DNA of 54,785 bases, taken from an uncultured Syntrophus sp. GTDB lineage: Bacteria > Desulfobacterota > Syntrophorhabdia > Syntrophorhabdales > Syntrophorhabdaceae. Numbering within the stretch: position 1 is the stretch's first letter; the number at the start of each line of letters is the position of its first letter. A program made the translations under genes and the position numbers. Below, in pieces: positions 16,558-26,364 of this stretch. The DNA is taken from the NCBI GenBank assembly GCA_964644085.1, contig CAZXVZ010000001.1, positions 1 through 54,785 on the forward strand, read 5' to 3'. The notes below the pieces were generated by a model. The model saw only the letters and a list, made by a program, of their open reading frames with translations, did no database searches and had not been told where the DNA came from.

Positions 16558-17818
16558 TATCTTCCTCGAAATGAAAATACCTTTTATAAATATCCATGAG
16601 AGAAGTATCGCTATTTTCCTTAATGAGTGTGATGTGTGAATGGACCAGCTTATTAGTAATTGTTTTTGTCAGAGCGTCAAAAGCCCGCGCGATATTACTA
16701 TCAACATTGTTCAGTTTTTTCAGTGTCTTGTCAAGCTCTCGCGACCGCATCGTCTCCGCTTTTTCAATAATATGTTCTATGAGAGGATTCATATTCAGTT
16801 GTCTTAAAGTCTTTGAAAACTTCCTCACTTCTTCCTCAATGATGCCGCGGGCTTTTTCCGATTCCTTTAATCTGTCGGAAAGATGTCTTTGGGAAAGTTC
16901 CTTAAGATCATCTATGTTATACAAATAAACGTTCTCAATATCGTTTACTTCAGGAGATATGTCGCGGGGAACGGCTATATCAATGAGAAAGAGAGGCTTG
17001 CCCTTTCTTTTTTCCATGATGGAATGGACAAATGTTTTATCGATAAATGGTTGTTTTGAACCGGTGGACGTGAGGACCATATCAGCCTTAATAAACAGCT
17101 TCGCGAGTTCCTGAAAAGGATAAGCGGTACCGAGAATATCTTCCGCGAGCCGGCAGGCTTTCTGATAGGACCTGTTTGATATGAAGACTTCCTGAAGACC
17201 TTCCTTTTGAAAATATTTCAGCGCCGTCTTGCACATTGTGCCGGCGCCCACAACGAGTATCTTTTTTTCCTTTAGATCAGTGAAAATATTTTTTGCCAGT
17301 TCAATCGCCATAGAACTGATCGAGAGAGTATTGTACCCTATTTTTGTCTCTGTTCGAATTCTCTTTGCAACGTTAAATGTTTTATGAAAGATCTTGTTCA
17401 GAAAAAATCCTGTGGCGTTATGAAACCCGGCAATCCTGTATGCATCTTTTACCTGCCCTAAGATTTCCGGTTCCCCTACGATGAGAGAATCGAGACCGGA
17501 AGCAACGAGAAATAAATGCCTGCATGCGTCCTCGTTATGAAAAGCATACGTATACTTATCGAGCCATTCTGTTCGCGTTCCAGCTGTTTCAGAGAATATC
17601 TTTTTTACTTTTAAAAGAGATGATTCGTGATGGAGAGAATGGAAATATATTTCCGTTCTGTTACATGTGGAAATAACGACGGACTCGTCAATACCGTTTT
17701 TCTTCAGTCTGTCGAGAAACTCAGGCGTGTCCGATTCTTCGATGAACATCTTTTCCCGTATCTCAACGGGCGCCGTATTGTGATTAAGACCTAATACAGT
17801 GAGATAGGCATTATTCAT
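16523..17818 (-). CDS. hemA: Glutamyl-tRNA reductase
   Basis: 431 aa with LGLNHNTAPVEIREK, the catalytic ISTCNRTEIY and a VVGAGTM Rossmann motif. Confidence 0.95.
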   Translation of the reverse strand: MNNAYLTVLGLNHNTAPVEIREKMFIEESDTPEFLDRLKKNGIDESVVISTCNRTEIYFHSLHHESSLLKVKKIFSETAGTRTEWLDKYTYAFHNEDACRHLFLVASGLDSLIVGEPEILGQVKDAYRIAGFHNATGFFLNKIFHKTFNVAKRIRTETKIGYNTLSISSMAIELAKNIFTDLKEKKILVVGAGTMCKTALKYFQKEGLQEVFISNRSYQKACRLAEDILGTAYPFQELAKLFIKADMVLTSTGSKQPFIDKTFVHSIMEKRKGKPLFLIDIAVPRDISPEVNDIENVYLYNIDDLKELSQRHLSDRLKESEKARGIIEEEVRKFSKTLRQLNMNPLIEHIIEKAETMRSRELDKTLKKLNNVDSNIARAFDALTKTITNKLVHSHITLIKENSDTSLMDIYKRYFHFEEDNEEEMGNWDQG

Positions 17819-17856
17819 GAGACGTGCTCAACATGCAAACAGTCATGATCTCAGTA

Positions 17857-18528
17857 TCAGCCATTGTGGTGTCTCTTCTGTGATAAGAATGTCCTTTTTT
17901 TCATTCGTGCCAGTCCGGTTTTGATAACGTCCTCCATGCCCATCTTCGCGACAGCCTTCATTATTGCAGCTCTTTTATGCGCCTCTTTAACGGTTTTTAG
18001 AAGGTAAGTTCTGAACTCTCCGACAATATAAAGATATTCAAGGTAATCATCAGTAACAATCTCTTCAATCTTTTGACGGAGCTTTTTTGAAAGCAGGGGC
18101 AGTTCTCCTGACGTTGAAATAGCGATTGTGAGTCCGTCCTTTCTGATGATTGAAGGGACAATAAAATCACATAAATCAGGACTGTCTGCCACATTCACGG
18201 GAATGTTTTTTAGAATCGCGTCTTTTTTTATTTTATTGTTAACAGCGTTCTTGTCCGTGCAGGCAAAGACCAGGGCTGTATTTTCAAGATCTTTTGCCCT
18301 GTAGTTCCTCCGGAAAAATTTAATCTTATCCGTTTCGCCAAGTTTACTGAGGGCTTTTGTCATCGTTGGACTGACCACGGTAACGCGGGCATTGAATTGA
18401 AGGAGCATTTCTACCTTCCGTTCTGCTACCTTACCGCCACCGACAACAAGACATTGTTTATCCTGAATGTCGAGAAACACAGGGTAATAGGTATGTTTCT
18501 TACCTGATTTGGAAAACATTGAATTCAC
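17857..18528 (-). CDS. Precorrin-2 dehydrogenase / sirohydrochlorin ferrochelatase (siroheme synthase N-terminal-domain type)
   Basis: 223 aa with VFLDIQDKQCLVVGGGKVAERKVEMLL, in a hemA-hemC context. The start may be one of the first Met codons. Confidence 0.75.
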   Translation of the reverse strand: MNSMFSKSGKKHTYYPVFLDIQDKQCLVVGGGKVAERKVEMLLQFNARVTVVSPTMTKALSKLGETDKIKFFRRNYRAKDLENTALVFACTDKNAVNNKIKKDAILKNIPVNVADSPDLCDFIVPSIIRKDGLTIAISTSGELPLLSKKLRQKIEEIVTDDYLEYLYIVGEFRTYLLKTVKEAHKRAAIMKAVAKMGMEDVIKTGLARMKKRTFLSQKRHHNG

Positions 18529-18772
18529 CGGTGTATTGTTCCCATTTTGTTTCTACTTCCCTCACATAAGCCCCATCGGGTCCTTTCTTGCACCATCGCA
18601 CCATATTATCAATATTTTCTTCCGTACCTTCGCAAAGTATTTCCACGCTGCCATCGGTCTTGTTTCTCACCCAGCCCGTAAGATGAAATTCTTCGGCTTT
18701 CCGCAAAGTGTTGTAACGATAATAAACCCCCTGGACAATTCCTTTAACAATAATATGCGTTCTTTTCAGCAT
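18500..18772 (-). CDS. acyP: Acylphosphatase
   Basis: 90 aa with VKGIVQGVYYRYNTLRKAEEFHLTGWVRNKTDGSVEILCEG, matching the acylphosphatase signatures. Confidence 0.85.
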   Translation of the reverse strand: MLKRTHIIVKGIVQGVYYRYNTLRKAEEFHLTGWVRNKTDGSVEILCEGTEENIDNMVRWCKKGPDGAYVREVETKWEQYTGEFNVFQIR

Positions 18773-18837
18773 AATGAATCAGTCTTGTGTGTTTTTTATC
18801 TCATGCGCTGTGTATGGTCTTTACCCTTGAAAGAACG

Positions 18838-18864
18838 TGTATGTTTTGTCTTGATAAACATACA
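18838..18864. promoter_or_regulatory. 9-bp inverted repeat overlapping a sigma-70-like promoter of the activase gene
   Basis: TGTATGTTT-N9-AAACATACA. The repeat encloses TTGATA (18851-18856), which is followed 16 nt later by GATATT. It lies about 70 nt upstream of the ATG at 18932. Confidence 0.3.
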
Positions 18865-18931
18865 GCTGGTATGATATTTTTTAACACAAAATTGCTTTGA
18901 AATCAAAACCTTGGTGTGTTGCGGAGGTTTC

Positions 18932-21900
18932 ATGAAGAAGATCGGCATAGACATCGGTTCGGTAAGTGTCAATCTGGTTGTCATGGATGAAAACAATGAG
19001 ATTGTCACAACACAATATTTTCGTCACAAGGGCAGGCCCTTTGAAATCGCGCGGGAAATTATCCGGGAATGCACAGACGGTTACGGTATCGATTTTATTG
19101 CCACAACGGGCACCGGCGCGAAATTATTTTCATCCCTTGTTGGAGCTTCCTCTGTTAATGAAATCGTGGCGCTGACGAAAGGGTTCAGCTGGTTTTACCC
19201 TCGCACGGGTAGTGCCATCGATATTGGCGGTGAAGATTCAAAGCTTATTATTTTCGAACCGACCGGAAATAACGGGGTCTTGCGCGTGAAAGATTTCTCC
19301 ATGAACGCGCTCTGCGCGGCCGGCACCGGCTCCTTTCTCGATCAGCAGGCATCGCGTTTATGTTTCACTATTGAGGAGTTCAGTGAGATCGCGCTGAAAT
19401 CGAAAAATCCTCCACGAATAGCAGGGCGTTGCACCGTCTTTGCCAAATCGGACATGATCCATCTCCAGCAGATAGCGACACCTGATTATGAGATTGTAGC
19501 CGGCCTTTGCTATGCCCTTGCAAGAAATTTCAGAGGCAATATTGCGAAGGGCAAAGACATAAGGACTCCCGTGGCATTTATCGGAGGTGTCGCAGCGAAT
19601 GCCGGTATGAGAAAGGCTTTAAGAGAAGTTTTTGATCTGCGCGATGAAGATTTTTTTATTCCTCAACATTTTGCCTCCATTGGGGCCATCGGGGCCATTT
19701 GCACCGTCATCGAAGAGCCTTCCTTGAGGCAGAGTTTCACAGGCCTTGAAAAACTCGATGAGTACCTGCGGGAGGAGAAACTTCAGGCTTCTCTCGAACC
19801 GCTTACCATTTCTGAAAAGAACCTCCATGTGTCCTACAATTTGAGGCCTATTCTGGAGAAAACAAAGGTGTATCTCGGTGTAGATGTCGGCTCAATCAGC
19901 ACCAATCTGGTTATCATCGACGAGGAGAAACGCCTTATCGCGAAGAGATACCTCATGACAGAAGGCCGGCCCCTTGAAGCGGTGAAGAGAGGCCTCTTTG
20001 AAATTGGAGAAGAGGTCGGCAATCTGGTGGAAATTGTCGGCGCCGGGACAACAGGCTCAGGCCGATATCTTACAGCGGATTTTATTGGCGCCGATATTGT
20101 GCGAAATGAAATTACCGCTCAGGCTGAAGCGGCTATTGATATTGATCATCAAGTAGACACAATATTTGAAATCGGCGGGCAGGATTCGAAATATATCAGT
20201 ATTGAAAATGGTGTTATAGTTGATTTTGAGATGAATAAGGCATGCGCTGCCGGAACAGGCTCGTTTCTTGAAGAACAGGCCGAGAGGCTGGGCATTTCCA
20301 TTAAGGAAGAATTCGGTAAGCTTGCCTTATCATCAAAAAAACCTGTTAAGATGGGGGAGAGGTGCACTGTTTTTATCGAATCCGATGTTGTTCACCACCA
20401 GCAAAGAGGAGCACCGACAGAGGATATAGTAAGCGGGCTGGCCTATTCAATAGTCCAGAATTATTTGAACAAGGTGGTTGGCGACAGAAAAATAGGTAAG
20501 AGAATATTCTTTCAGGGAGGAACTGCCTTTAACAAAGGCGTTGTGGCAGCATTCGAAAAGGTACTTGAAAGACCTATCGAAGTGCCTCCTCACCATGATG
20601 TTACCGGCGCCATCGGTGTTGCTATTCTTGCAATGAAAGAAAGAAACTGGGAGAAGAGCGGCTTCAAGGGTTTTGATTTGAGCAAGAGAAAGTATGAAAT
20701 AGAAACATTTGAATGCAAGGGGTGTGAAAATCTCTGCGAAATCAGGCGTGTTACCGTTGAGAACGAGGAGCCGCTTTATTATGGAAGCAGGTGTGAAAAA
20801 TATGATGTTGTAAGAAAAGTTGAGAAGAAAGATATCGCGGACCTTTTCAAAAAAAGAGAAAAACTGCTCGATTCGGTCTATGATAAAACGGCTGACGGTC
20901 CACAGATTGGCATACCCAGATTCCTTCATATGCACGAATTCGCTCCTTTCTGGAAAAGTTTTTTGACAGAATTAGAATTTTCTGTTTGTTTTTCAGATCA
21001 GACAAATAAAAAAATTATCCGTAACGGCGTTGAAAACATTATCGTTGAAACATGTTTTCCCGTCAAGCTTGCCCACGGTCACGTTCTTAATCTCATTGAG
21101 AAAGGGGTAAAACGAATCTTTATACCGAGCATTATCAACCTGAAAAAGCCAGCAGAAGATTCATCAAACGCCTTCGCCTGTCCGTATGCTCAGTCACTCC
21201 CGTATTCCATGAAAGCTTCCATCAATTTTAAGGAAATGGGAGTCCGCGTCCACACACCCGTTGTGCATTTTGGTGAAGACGATAAGGCTGTCATGGATAA
21301 TCTTGTGAAGCATTTTAAGAGATACAAAATCTCCAAGTCTCGTGTTGAGAATGCTTTCCGGGTGGCCACGAAGGCTCAGGAAGAATTTTACAGGAAGTGC
21401 GTTGAAACCGGTTCTTCGTTCCTGTCGTCACTGAACACGGATGATAAAATTATGGTGATTATAGGGAGACCCTATAACAGTGCCGATGCCGGGGCCAATC
21501 TGAACATCCACAAAAAGCTGATCAACCTTGGCGTATATCCTATCCCTATGGATATGCTGCCTCTTAATGAAGTTACCGTCGAAACTGACGACCTTGACCA
21601 CATGTACTGGGGATATGGACAGAAAATATTGAAAGCTGCGCGATTCATCAAATCCCATAAGAATATGTATGGTATTTATCTCACCAGTTTTGGTTGCGGC
21701 CCTGATTCTTTTATCGTTCACTTTTTTAAGAAAATTATGGGGGCTAAACCCTATCTTCAACTGGAGATCGATGAACACAGCGCTGACGCGGGGATGATTA
21801 CGCGTCTCGAGGCCTTCATCGACAGCATCAAAAATGCAAAGTCAGAAAAAGAGAAGGTTCAATACAAAAAAATAACATTTGGATCAAACGGAGAGAGGAG

Positions 21901-23086
21901 AAAGATTTATCTACCGTATATGTCTGATCATGCTGTTACACTTTCATATGCTTTTAGAGCGTGCGGTATCGATGCTGAAATTATGGAAGAATCAGAAGAA
22001 GCCACAGTAGTCGTGGGTAGAAAATTTACTACCGGTAAAGAGTGTTACCCGTGTATCCTCACGACAGGTGACATGCTGAGGACGGTAAGAAAAGAAGGTT
22101 TTAATCCGGACAGGAGCGCTTTTTTTATGCCGTCCGGAGACGGCCCCTGCCGTTTTGGCCAGTACCACAGATTTCATAGAATGGTCCTCGATGAGGCCGG
22201 TTTTGACAGTGTCCCAATATATGCCCCCAACCAGGACCATCGCTTTTACAAAGAGCTCAATATTTTAGGGGGAAAATTTAAACGTCTCGGGTGGCGCGCT
22301 GTTGTGGCAACAGATCTTCTCATCAAAATGCTCCACGAGATACGTCCTTATGAGAAAAAAACCGGAGAAACCGATGATGTGTACAGGGAGGCACTCACGT
22401 CCGTCTGCCGGTCAATAGAAGGAGGAGCGGAAGATATCGTCAACGTTCTTCAATCTGTTTTAGATCGTTTTTTAAGTATTGAACGGATAGCCGCGCAAAA
22501 ACCGATTATTGGCGTTGTCGGGGAGATTTACATACGTTCAAATCGGTTCAGTAATAATAATCTTGTGAGAAAGATAGAAGAGTATGGGGGTGCTGTCTGG
22601 CTTGCGCCAATTTGTGAATGGATATCCTATGTAAACTATACCGGCAAAAAGAAAAGCAGGAAAAAGGATAACATCATGGGACTTTTCAGGCTTTTTCTCA
22701 CCGATTATATCCAGCACAAAGACGAACGCTTACTGGAAGAGATTTTTACCCCTTACCTCAAATATGGCAGAGAACCACACGTAGAAGAAATTCTTCAAAA
22801 GGCAAGCCCTTATATCCATGAGAGTTTTGAAGGGGAAGCAATCCTCAGCGTGGGAAAGAGTGTTGATTTTGCCGGTAAAGGTGTTTCCGGTATTGTCAAT
22901 GCCATGCCTTTTACCTGCATGCCCGGCACCATATCCAGTGCCATCATGAGGCTGATTCATAAAAACCATGATATTCCGGTCATGAATGTGGCCTACGATG
23001 GACAGGGCGCGACGAATATTTTGACGAGGCTTGAGGCTTTTATGTATCAGGTTAAAGATCAATTCCAGAGCAAGCGTAATGAGTAG
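18932..23086 (+). CDS. Fused double BadF/BadG/BcrA/BcrD-type ATPase (2-hydroxyacyl-CoA dehydratase activase-like) with a large C-terminal domain of unknown function
   Basis: Two tandem ATPase modules are present (IGIDIGSVSVN and LGVDVGSISTN). Each keeps the CAAGTGSF and RCTVF Cys contexts used for the bridging [4Fe-4S] cluster in activases. Next come CKGCENLC and a tail of about 750 aa. A GGAGG site precedes the ATG at 18932. Confidence 0.85.
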   Translation: MKKIGIDIGSVSVNLVVMDENNEIVTTQYFRHKGRPFEIAREIIRECTDGYGIDFIATTGTGAKLFSSLVGASSVNEIVALTKGFSWFYPRTGSAIDIGGEDSKLIIFEPTGNNGVLRVKDFSMNALCAAGTGSFLDQQASRLCFTIEEFSEIALKSKNPPRIAGRCTVFAKSDMIHLQQIATPDYEIVAGLCYALARNFRGNIAKGKDIRTPVAFIGGVAANAGMRKALREVFDLRDEDFFIPQHFASIGAIGAICTVIEEPSLRQSFTGLEKLDEYLREEKLQASLEPLTISEKNLHVSYNLRPILEKTKVYLGVDVGSISTNLVIIDEEKRLIAKRYLMTEGRPLEAVKRGLFEIGEEVGNLVEIVGAGTTGSGRYLTADFIGADIVRNEITAQAEAAIDIDHQVDTIFEIGGQDSKYISIENGVIVDFEMNKACAAGTGSFLEEQAERLGISIKEEFGKLALSSKKPVKMGERCTVFIESDVVHHQQRGAPTEDIVSGLAYSIVQNYLNKVVGDRKIGKRIFFQGGTAFNKGVVAAFEKVLERPIEVPPHHDVTGAIGVAILAMKERNWEKSGFKGFDLSKRKYEIETFECKGCENLCEIRRVTVENEEPLYYGSRCEKYDVVRKVEKKDIADLFKKREKLLDSVYDKTADGPQIGIPRFLHMHEFAPFWKSFLTELEFSVCFSDQTNKKIIRNGVENIIVETCFPVKLAHGHVLNLIEKGVKRIFIPSIINLKKPAEDSSNAFACPYAQSLPYSMKASINFKEMGVRVHTPVVHFGEDDKAVMDNLVKHFKRYKISKSRVENAFRVATKAQEEFYRKCVETGSSFLSSLNTDDKIMVIIGRPYNSADAGANLNIHKKLINLGVYPIPMDMLPLNEVTVETDDLDHMYWGYGQKILKAARFIKSHKNMYGIYLTSFGCGPDSFIVHFFKKIMGAKPYLQLEIDEHSADAGMITRLEAFIDSIKNAKSEKEKVQYKKITFGSNGERRKIYLPYMSDHAVTLSYAFRACGIDAEIMEESEEATVVVGRKFTTGKECYPCILTTGDMLRTVRKEGFNPDRSAFFMPSGDGPCRFGQYHRFHRMVLDEAGFDSVPIYAPNQDHRFYKELNILGGKFKRLGWRAVVATDLLIKMLHEIRPYEKKTGETDDVYREALTSVCRSIEGGAEDIVNVLQSVLDRFLSIERIAAQKPIIGVVGEIYIRSNRFSNNNLVRKIEEYGGAVWLAPICEWISYVNYTGKKKSRKKDNIMGLFRLFLTDYIQHKDERLLEEIFTPYLKYGREPHVEEILQKASPYIHESFEGEAILSVGKSVDFAGKGVSGIVNAMPFTCMPGTISSAIMRLIHKNHDIPVMNVAYDGQGATNILTRLEAFMYQVKDQFQSKRNE

Positions 23087-24368
23087 CCCCTTTTTTGAGA
23101 TATCCCTTATTGCCATTTTAATAATTTTAAACGGTATATTTTCCGCCGGAGAGACGGCGATTATTTCTTTGAGAAAAAGTAAAATCAAAGAGCTGACGAA
23201 AGAAAGAAAAGACGAGAAGACTGAAAAGCTTATGCGCATGAAGGAAAATCCCGAAGGATTTCTTTCTGCCGTGCAAATCGGAATTACCCTTTTCGGAACA
23301 CTGGCATCAGCGATCGCCGGCACACTTGCCGTTCAACATCTGACGCCTTTGTTCGTAAGGATTACTCTTATCAGACCTTTTGCGGAAACCATCGCGCTGG
23401 GAATTGTTGTCGTTGTTCTCACCTATCTGTTTCTTGTCTTTGGAGAACTAATTCCCAAACATATCGGTTTGAGCAATAAAGAGAAAGTCTCTATTTTCAT
23501 CGTACCCTTTTTTGATTTTGTTTCTCGTTTCTTTTTCTTTCTCGTAAATGTTCTTTCCTTCAGCACAACTTTTTTTGTGAAAGGTCTCAAGCTGAAACAC
23601 GGAGAGGAACATGTAGGAGAAGGAGAGATCAAAATATTGATTGAAGAAGGCAGGCGAAGAGGGGTGTTCGACCGCACCGAGGAAGAACTGATACACGGTG
23701 TTTTTGAATTTGCTGACCGTTCCGTCAAGGAGATTATGGTCCCCAGGCCGAATGTCTATGCCATTGACCTTGAGGACAATAAAGATAAAGTCCTTGATTA
23801 CATCATTGAAAACGAATTTTCGCGTTATCCCGTTTACAAAGACAGTTTTGATAATATTGTCGGCGTCGTTTATCACAAAGAGATTACCAAACATATATGG
23901 CGGAATAAAGAACCTTTTAGATTGGAGAAGATACTCAAAAAACCATTCTTTGTTCCGGAGACAATGGAAATCAGCATCCTTCTCAAGGAAATGCAAAGAA
24001 CGCGGCAGCACCTCGCGATTGTTGTCGACGAATACGGTACTACAGTTGGAATTGTTACCCTCGAGGACATCATGGAAGAAATCTTCGGCGAGATTATGGA
24101 TGAGACTGACACGGAAGATAAAATTGAGCGGATGCGTGACGGGTCGTATATTATTGATTCATCCTATTCCATACGTGATCTGAATGAACGATTACAGATC
24201 GACATTCCGGAATCGACCGATTACGAAACGCTTGGGGGGTTTATTCTGACACAGTTGCAGGGCATGCCCAAAGGCGGGGAGATTATTTTTCATGGCCCTT
24301 ATAAATTTACTGTTGCAGGTATTGCGAGGAGAAGGATTACGAAGATCAAGTTTGAAAAGAAAAGCTGA
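23079..24368 (+). CDS. CNNM/DUF21-CBS-CorC_HlyC family transporter (hemolysin/CorC-like)
   Basis: It has a TM N-domain with GIFSAGETAI, a CBS pair and a CorC/HlyC C-terminal domain. I chose the ATG at 23079, which overlaps the upstream stop. Confidence 0.9.
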   Translation: MSSPFFEISLIAILIILNGIFSAGETAIISLRKSKIKELTKERKDEKTEKLMRMKENPEGFLSAVQIGITLFGTLASAIAGTLAVQHLTPLFVRITLIRPFAETIALGIVVVVLTYLFLVFGELIPKHIGLSNKEKVSIFIVPFFDFVSRFFFFLVNVLSFSTTFFVKGLKLKHGEEHVGEGEIKILIEEGRRRGVFDRTEEELIHGVFEFADRSVKEIMVPRPNVYAIDLEDNKDKVLDYIIENEFSRYPVYKDSFDNIVGVVYHKEITKHIWRNKEPFRLEKILKKPFFVPETMEISILLKEMQRTRQHLAIVVDEYGTTVGIVTLEDIMEEIFGEIMDETDTEDKIERMRDGSYIIDSSYSIRDLNERLQIDIPESTDYETLGGFILTQLQGMPKGGEIIFHGPYKFTVAGIARRRITKIKFEKKS

Positions 24369-24446
24369 TGCATGTCACCTTCATTTGTTGCTGGAACATA
24401 ACGGGCGTGTAGCCGGATACCGGCAGGTAATAATACATAATTTGAA

Positions 24447-24845
24447 TTAGTAGTATTCCTTCAAAATGCTGTAGAAAAAAAAGGCTATTAAAGGTAGAAG
24501 CGTAAAAGCTGACAAGGCCACAATGAGAATTACCAACGATGAAACATTTTCGCCCCTGAAGATTGTTATGCCCGCGAGAAATACACCGGTCACGATAAAT
24601 ATTGAAGCGAACATAATGGATAATTTAAGCCATATTCCGGAGCGACCCAATTCCCTCCGTGTAGATTTTCGATATTTTCCGAATAATTCCCAGTGAAAGA
24701 AAAATCCTGTCATAAGCCTCCATGCGGGCAATAACTGTCTCTTGAACATGTATATTCGCATAAAAAAATCGGATACCGCGAAACCTATCCCGCACAGCAA
24801 AGCGCAGATAATGAGAATGTTGACGATGGTATCAATTATGTTCAT
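24447..24845 (-). CDS. Hypothetical membrane protein (about 4 TM segments)
   Basis: 132-aa ORF with alternating hydrophobic stretches. I recognise no motif. Confidence 0.45.
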   Translation of the reverse strand: MNIIDTIVNILIICALLCGIGFAVSDFFMRIYMFKRQLLPAWRLMTGFFFHWELFGKYRKSTRRELGRSGIWLKLSIMFASIFIVTGVFLAGITIFRGENVSSLVILIVALSAFTLLPLIAFFFYSILKEYY

Positions 24846-24904
24846 GAGTTGAATGCTTTTATAAAAAGGTTACTGCTTGAGTTTTAACGCACGTAATATA
24901 AAGT

Positions 24905-26278
24905 TCAAAATGTAATAATTGTTCGGGACAAGGAGGAGAGTGACTCTATCTTTGAACGTTCATCTCCGAGTCCTTTCTTTCCCATAATTGCCTTTGTGTA
25001 AATCTTTCCCCGTTCAACACCTGGCTGATCGAAGGTATTGACTTTGTAGAGAACACCAAGATAGACAATAACCATTTCAAAAAGTGAAAAAAGGGCACCC
25101 AGCGTGCGGCCGCTGATTTCTTCCACTGTTATACTAAGGTTTGGCGTCCCCGCATCAACCAGGGAAAGAGCAGTGCCCTGAAATTCGGCATTAAAAAGTT
25201 CCTTCATATCCTTTCCTGCCAGGTAAGACACGTCGTCGAGATACGGAAAGCTGTCAGGGATACGCCTATTGTCCTCTGCTGAGTAGAAAAACATTACGCA
25301 CTTGTCTTTCGGGCCGTCAACGTAAAGCTGGAGTTGAGAGTGCTGGTCAGTTACACCAACTGACTTTGTGGGCGTAGGCCCGTTGCCATTTTTGCCGAGG
25401 CTCTCGCTTTCCAGTTGTCTGAACCAGTCGGCAAATCCGGAGAGCCTTTCGCAGTAGGGCATAATCACGTGAATGTGTTTACCCGCCTTATCCATGCCGT
25501 AAAGTGTGGCGGCGAGGATGAATGCCATATTGTCCATTCCGGCGTTTTTCTTTATGCTGGTAAACATCTCCCTGGCTCCATCCATAATAGTATCAACGGG
25601 AATATCCATTATGAGAGCGGGAAAAAGTCCGACAGGGGTAAGGACAGAGAAGCGTCCACCTATCCCGTCCGGTACATTGAGCGTACGGTAACCTTCTTTT
25701 TCGGCTATTTTGTTAAGGATGCCTTTTTCTTTATCGGTGATCAGTATGATCCGTTTCTGAAAGTCGCTGCCTTTTTTTTTCATCATTTTTTTAAAAACCA
25801 TAAACTGCGAGATTGTCTCCGGGGTTTCACCGGATTTGCTGACAACAATGAGAAGCGTCTTGTCTATTTCCGGTTTTACCATCTCGACAATGGCGTTTAT
25901 TTTATGCGGATCGATATTGTCAACGATGAAATAACGTGGTTTATTACCGCGTACTTTTTTGTCGTAATTGTGAAAAGGATGAAGCAAAGCGTTAAAGATC
26001 GTCTCTGTCCCGAGAGCAGAGCCGCCGATTCCAAGGAGAACGACATTTTTAATACCTATGCGCCTGATGGTTTTCACAATCCCTTTCATTTCTGCAAACT
26101 GAAAGCGCATCTCGGGAAGCTCCATAAAAGGATAGGGTGCCGTCATCAGTTTTTTATTATATTTATCGAGGGCTGCGATGTGTTTGCTGATGATGTCCCG
26201 GTCGAGCCCGTGATGACCGATTCTGTCAAAGAATATGTTGCTTATATCCAGCGATATCGACATTGTCCATCCCTTCAC
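24905..26278 (-). CDS. pgi: Glucose-6-phosphate isomerase
   Basis: 457 aa with SIS-domain motifs (GIGGSALG; SKSGETPET) and VGVTDQHSQLQLYVDGP. Confidence 0.85.
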   Translation of the reverse strand: MKGWTMSISLDISNIFFDRIGHHGLDRDIISKHIAALDKYNKKLMTAPYPFMELPEMRFQFAEMKGIVKTIRRIGIKNVVLLGIGGSALGTETIFNALLHPFHNYDKKVRGNKPRYFIVDNIDPHKINAIVEMVKPEIDKTLLIVVSKSGETPETISQFMVFKKMMKKKGSDFQKRIILITDKEKGILNKIAEKEGYRTLNVPDGIGGRFSVLTPVGLFPALIMDIPVDTIMDGAREMFTSIKKNAGMDNMAFILAATLYGMDKAGKHIHVIMPYCERLSGFADWFRQLESESLGKNGNGPTPTKSVGVTDQHSQLQLYVDGPKDKCVMFFYSAEDNRRIPDSFPYLDDVSYLAGKDMKELFNAEFQGTALSLVDAGTPNLSITVEEISGRTLGALFSLFEMVIVYLGVLYKVNTFDQPGVERGKIYTKAIMGKKGLGDERSKIESLSSLSRTIITF

Positions 26279-26364
26279 GCAAAAATTTTAAGAAATAACC
26301 TAATTTTATGTACTCTTTACCGGCAGCAGATAAAAGGTTAAACTGCTGTCTCGGCACGACTATG

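Noticed and set aside
25415-26341. Long antisense or shadow ORFs inside confidently called genes: 25415..26341 (+, in pgi), 42601..43344 (-, over pilD), 22730..23323 (-, in the activase/CorC junction), 27953..28585 and 30041..30676 (+, in dnaE), 20447..20935 and 9132..9605 (-), and 32888..33534 (+, in guaB).
   Set aside because: Each lies entirely opposite a gene with strong family motifs. They lack ribosome-binding sites and have the skewed, low-complexity composition typical of antisense frames.
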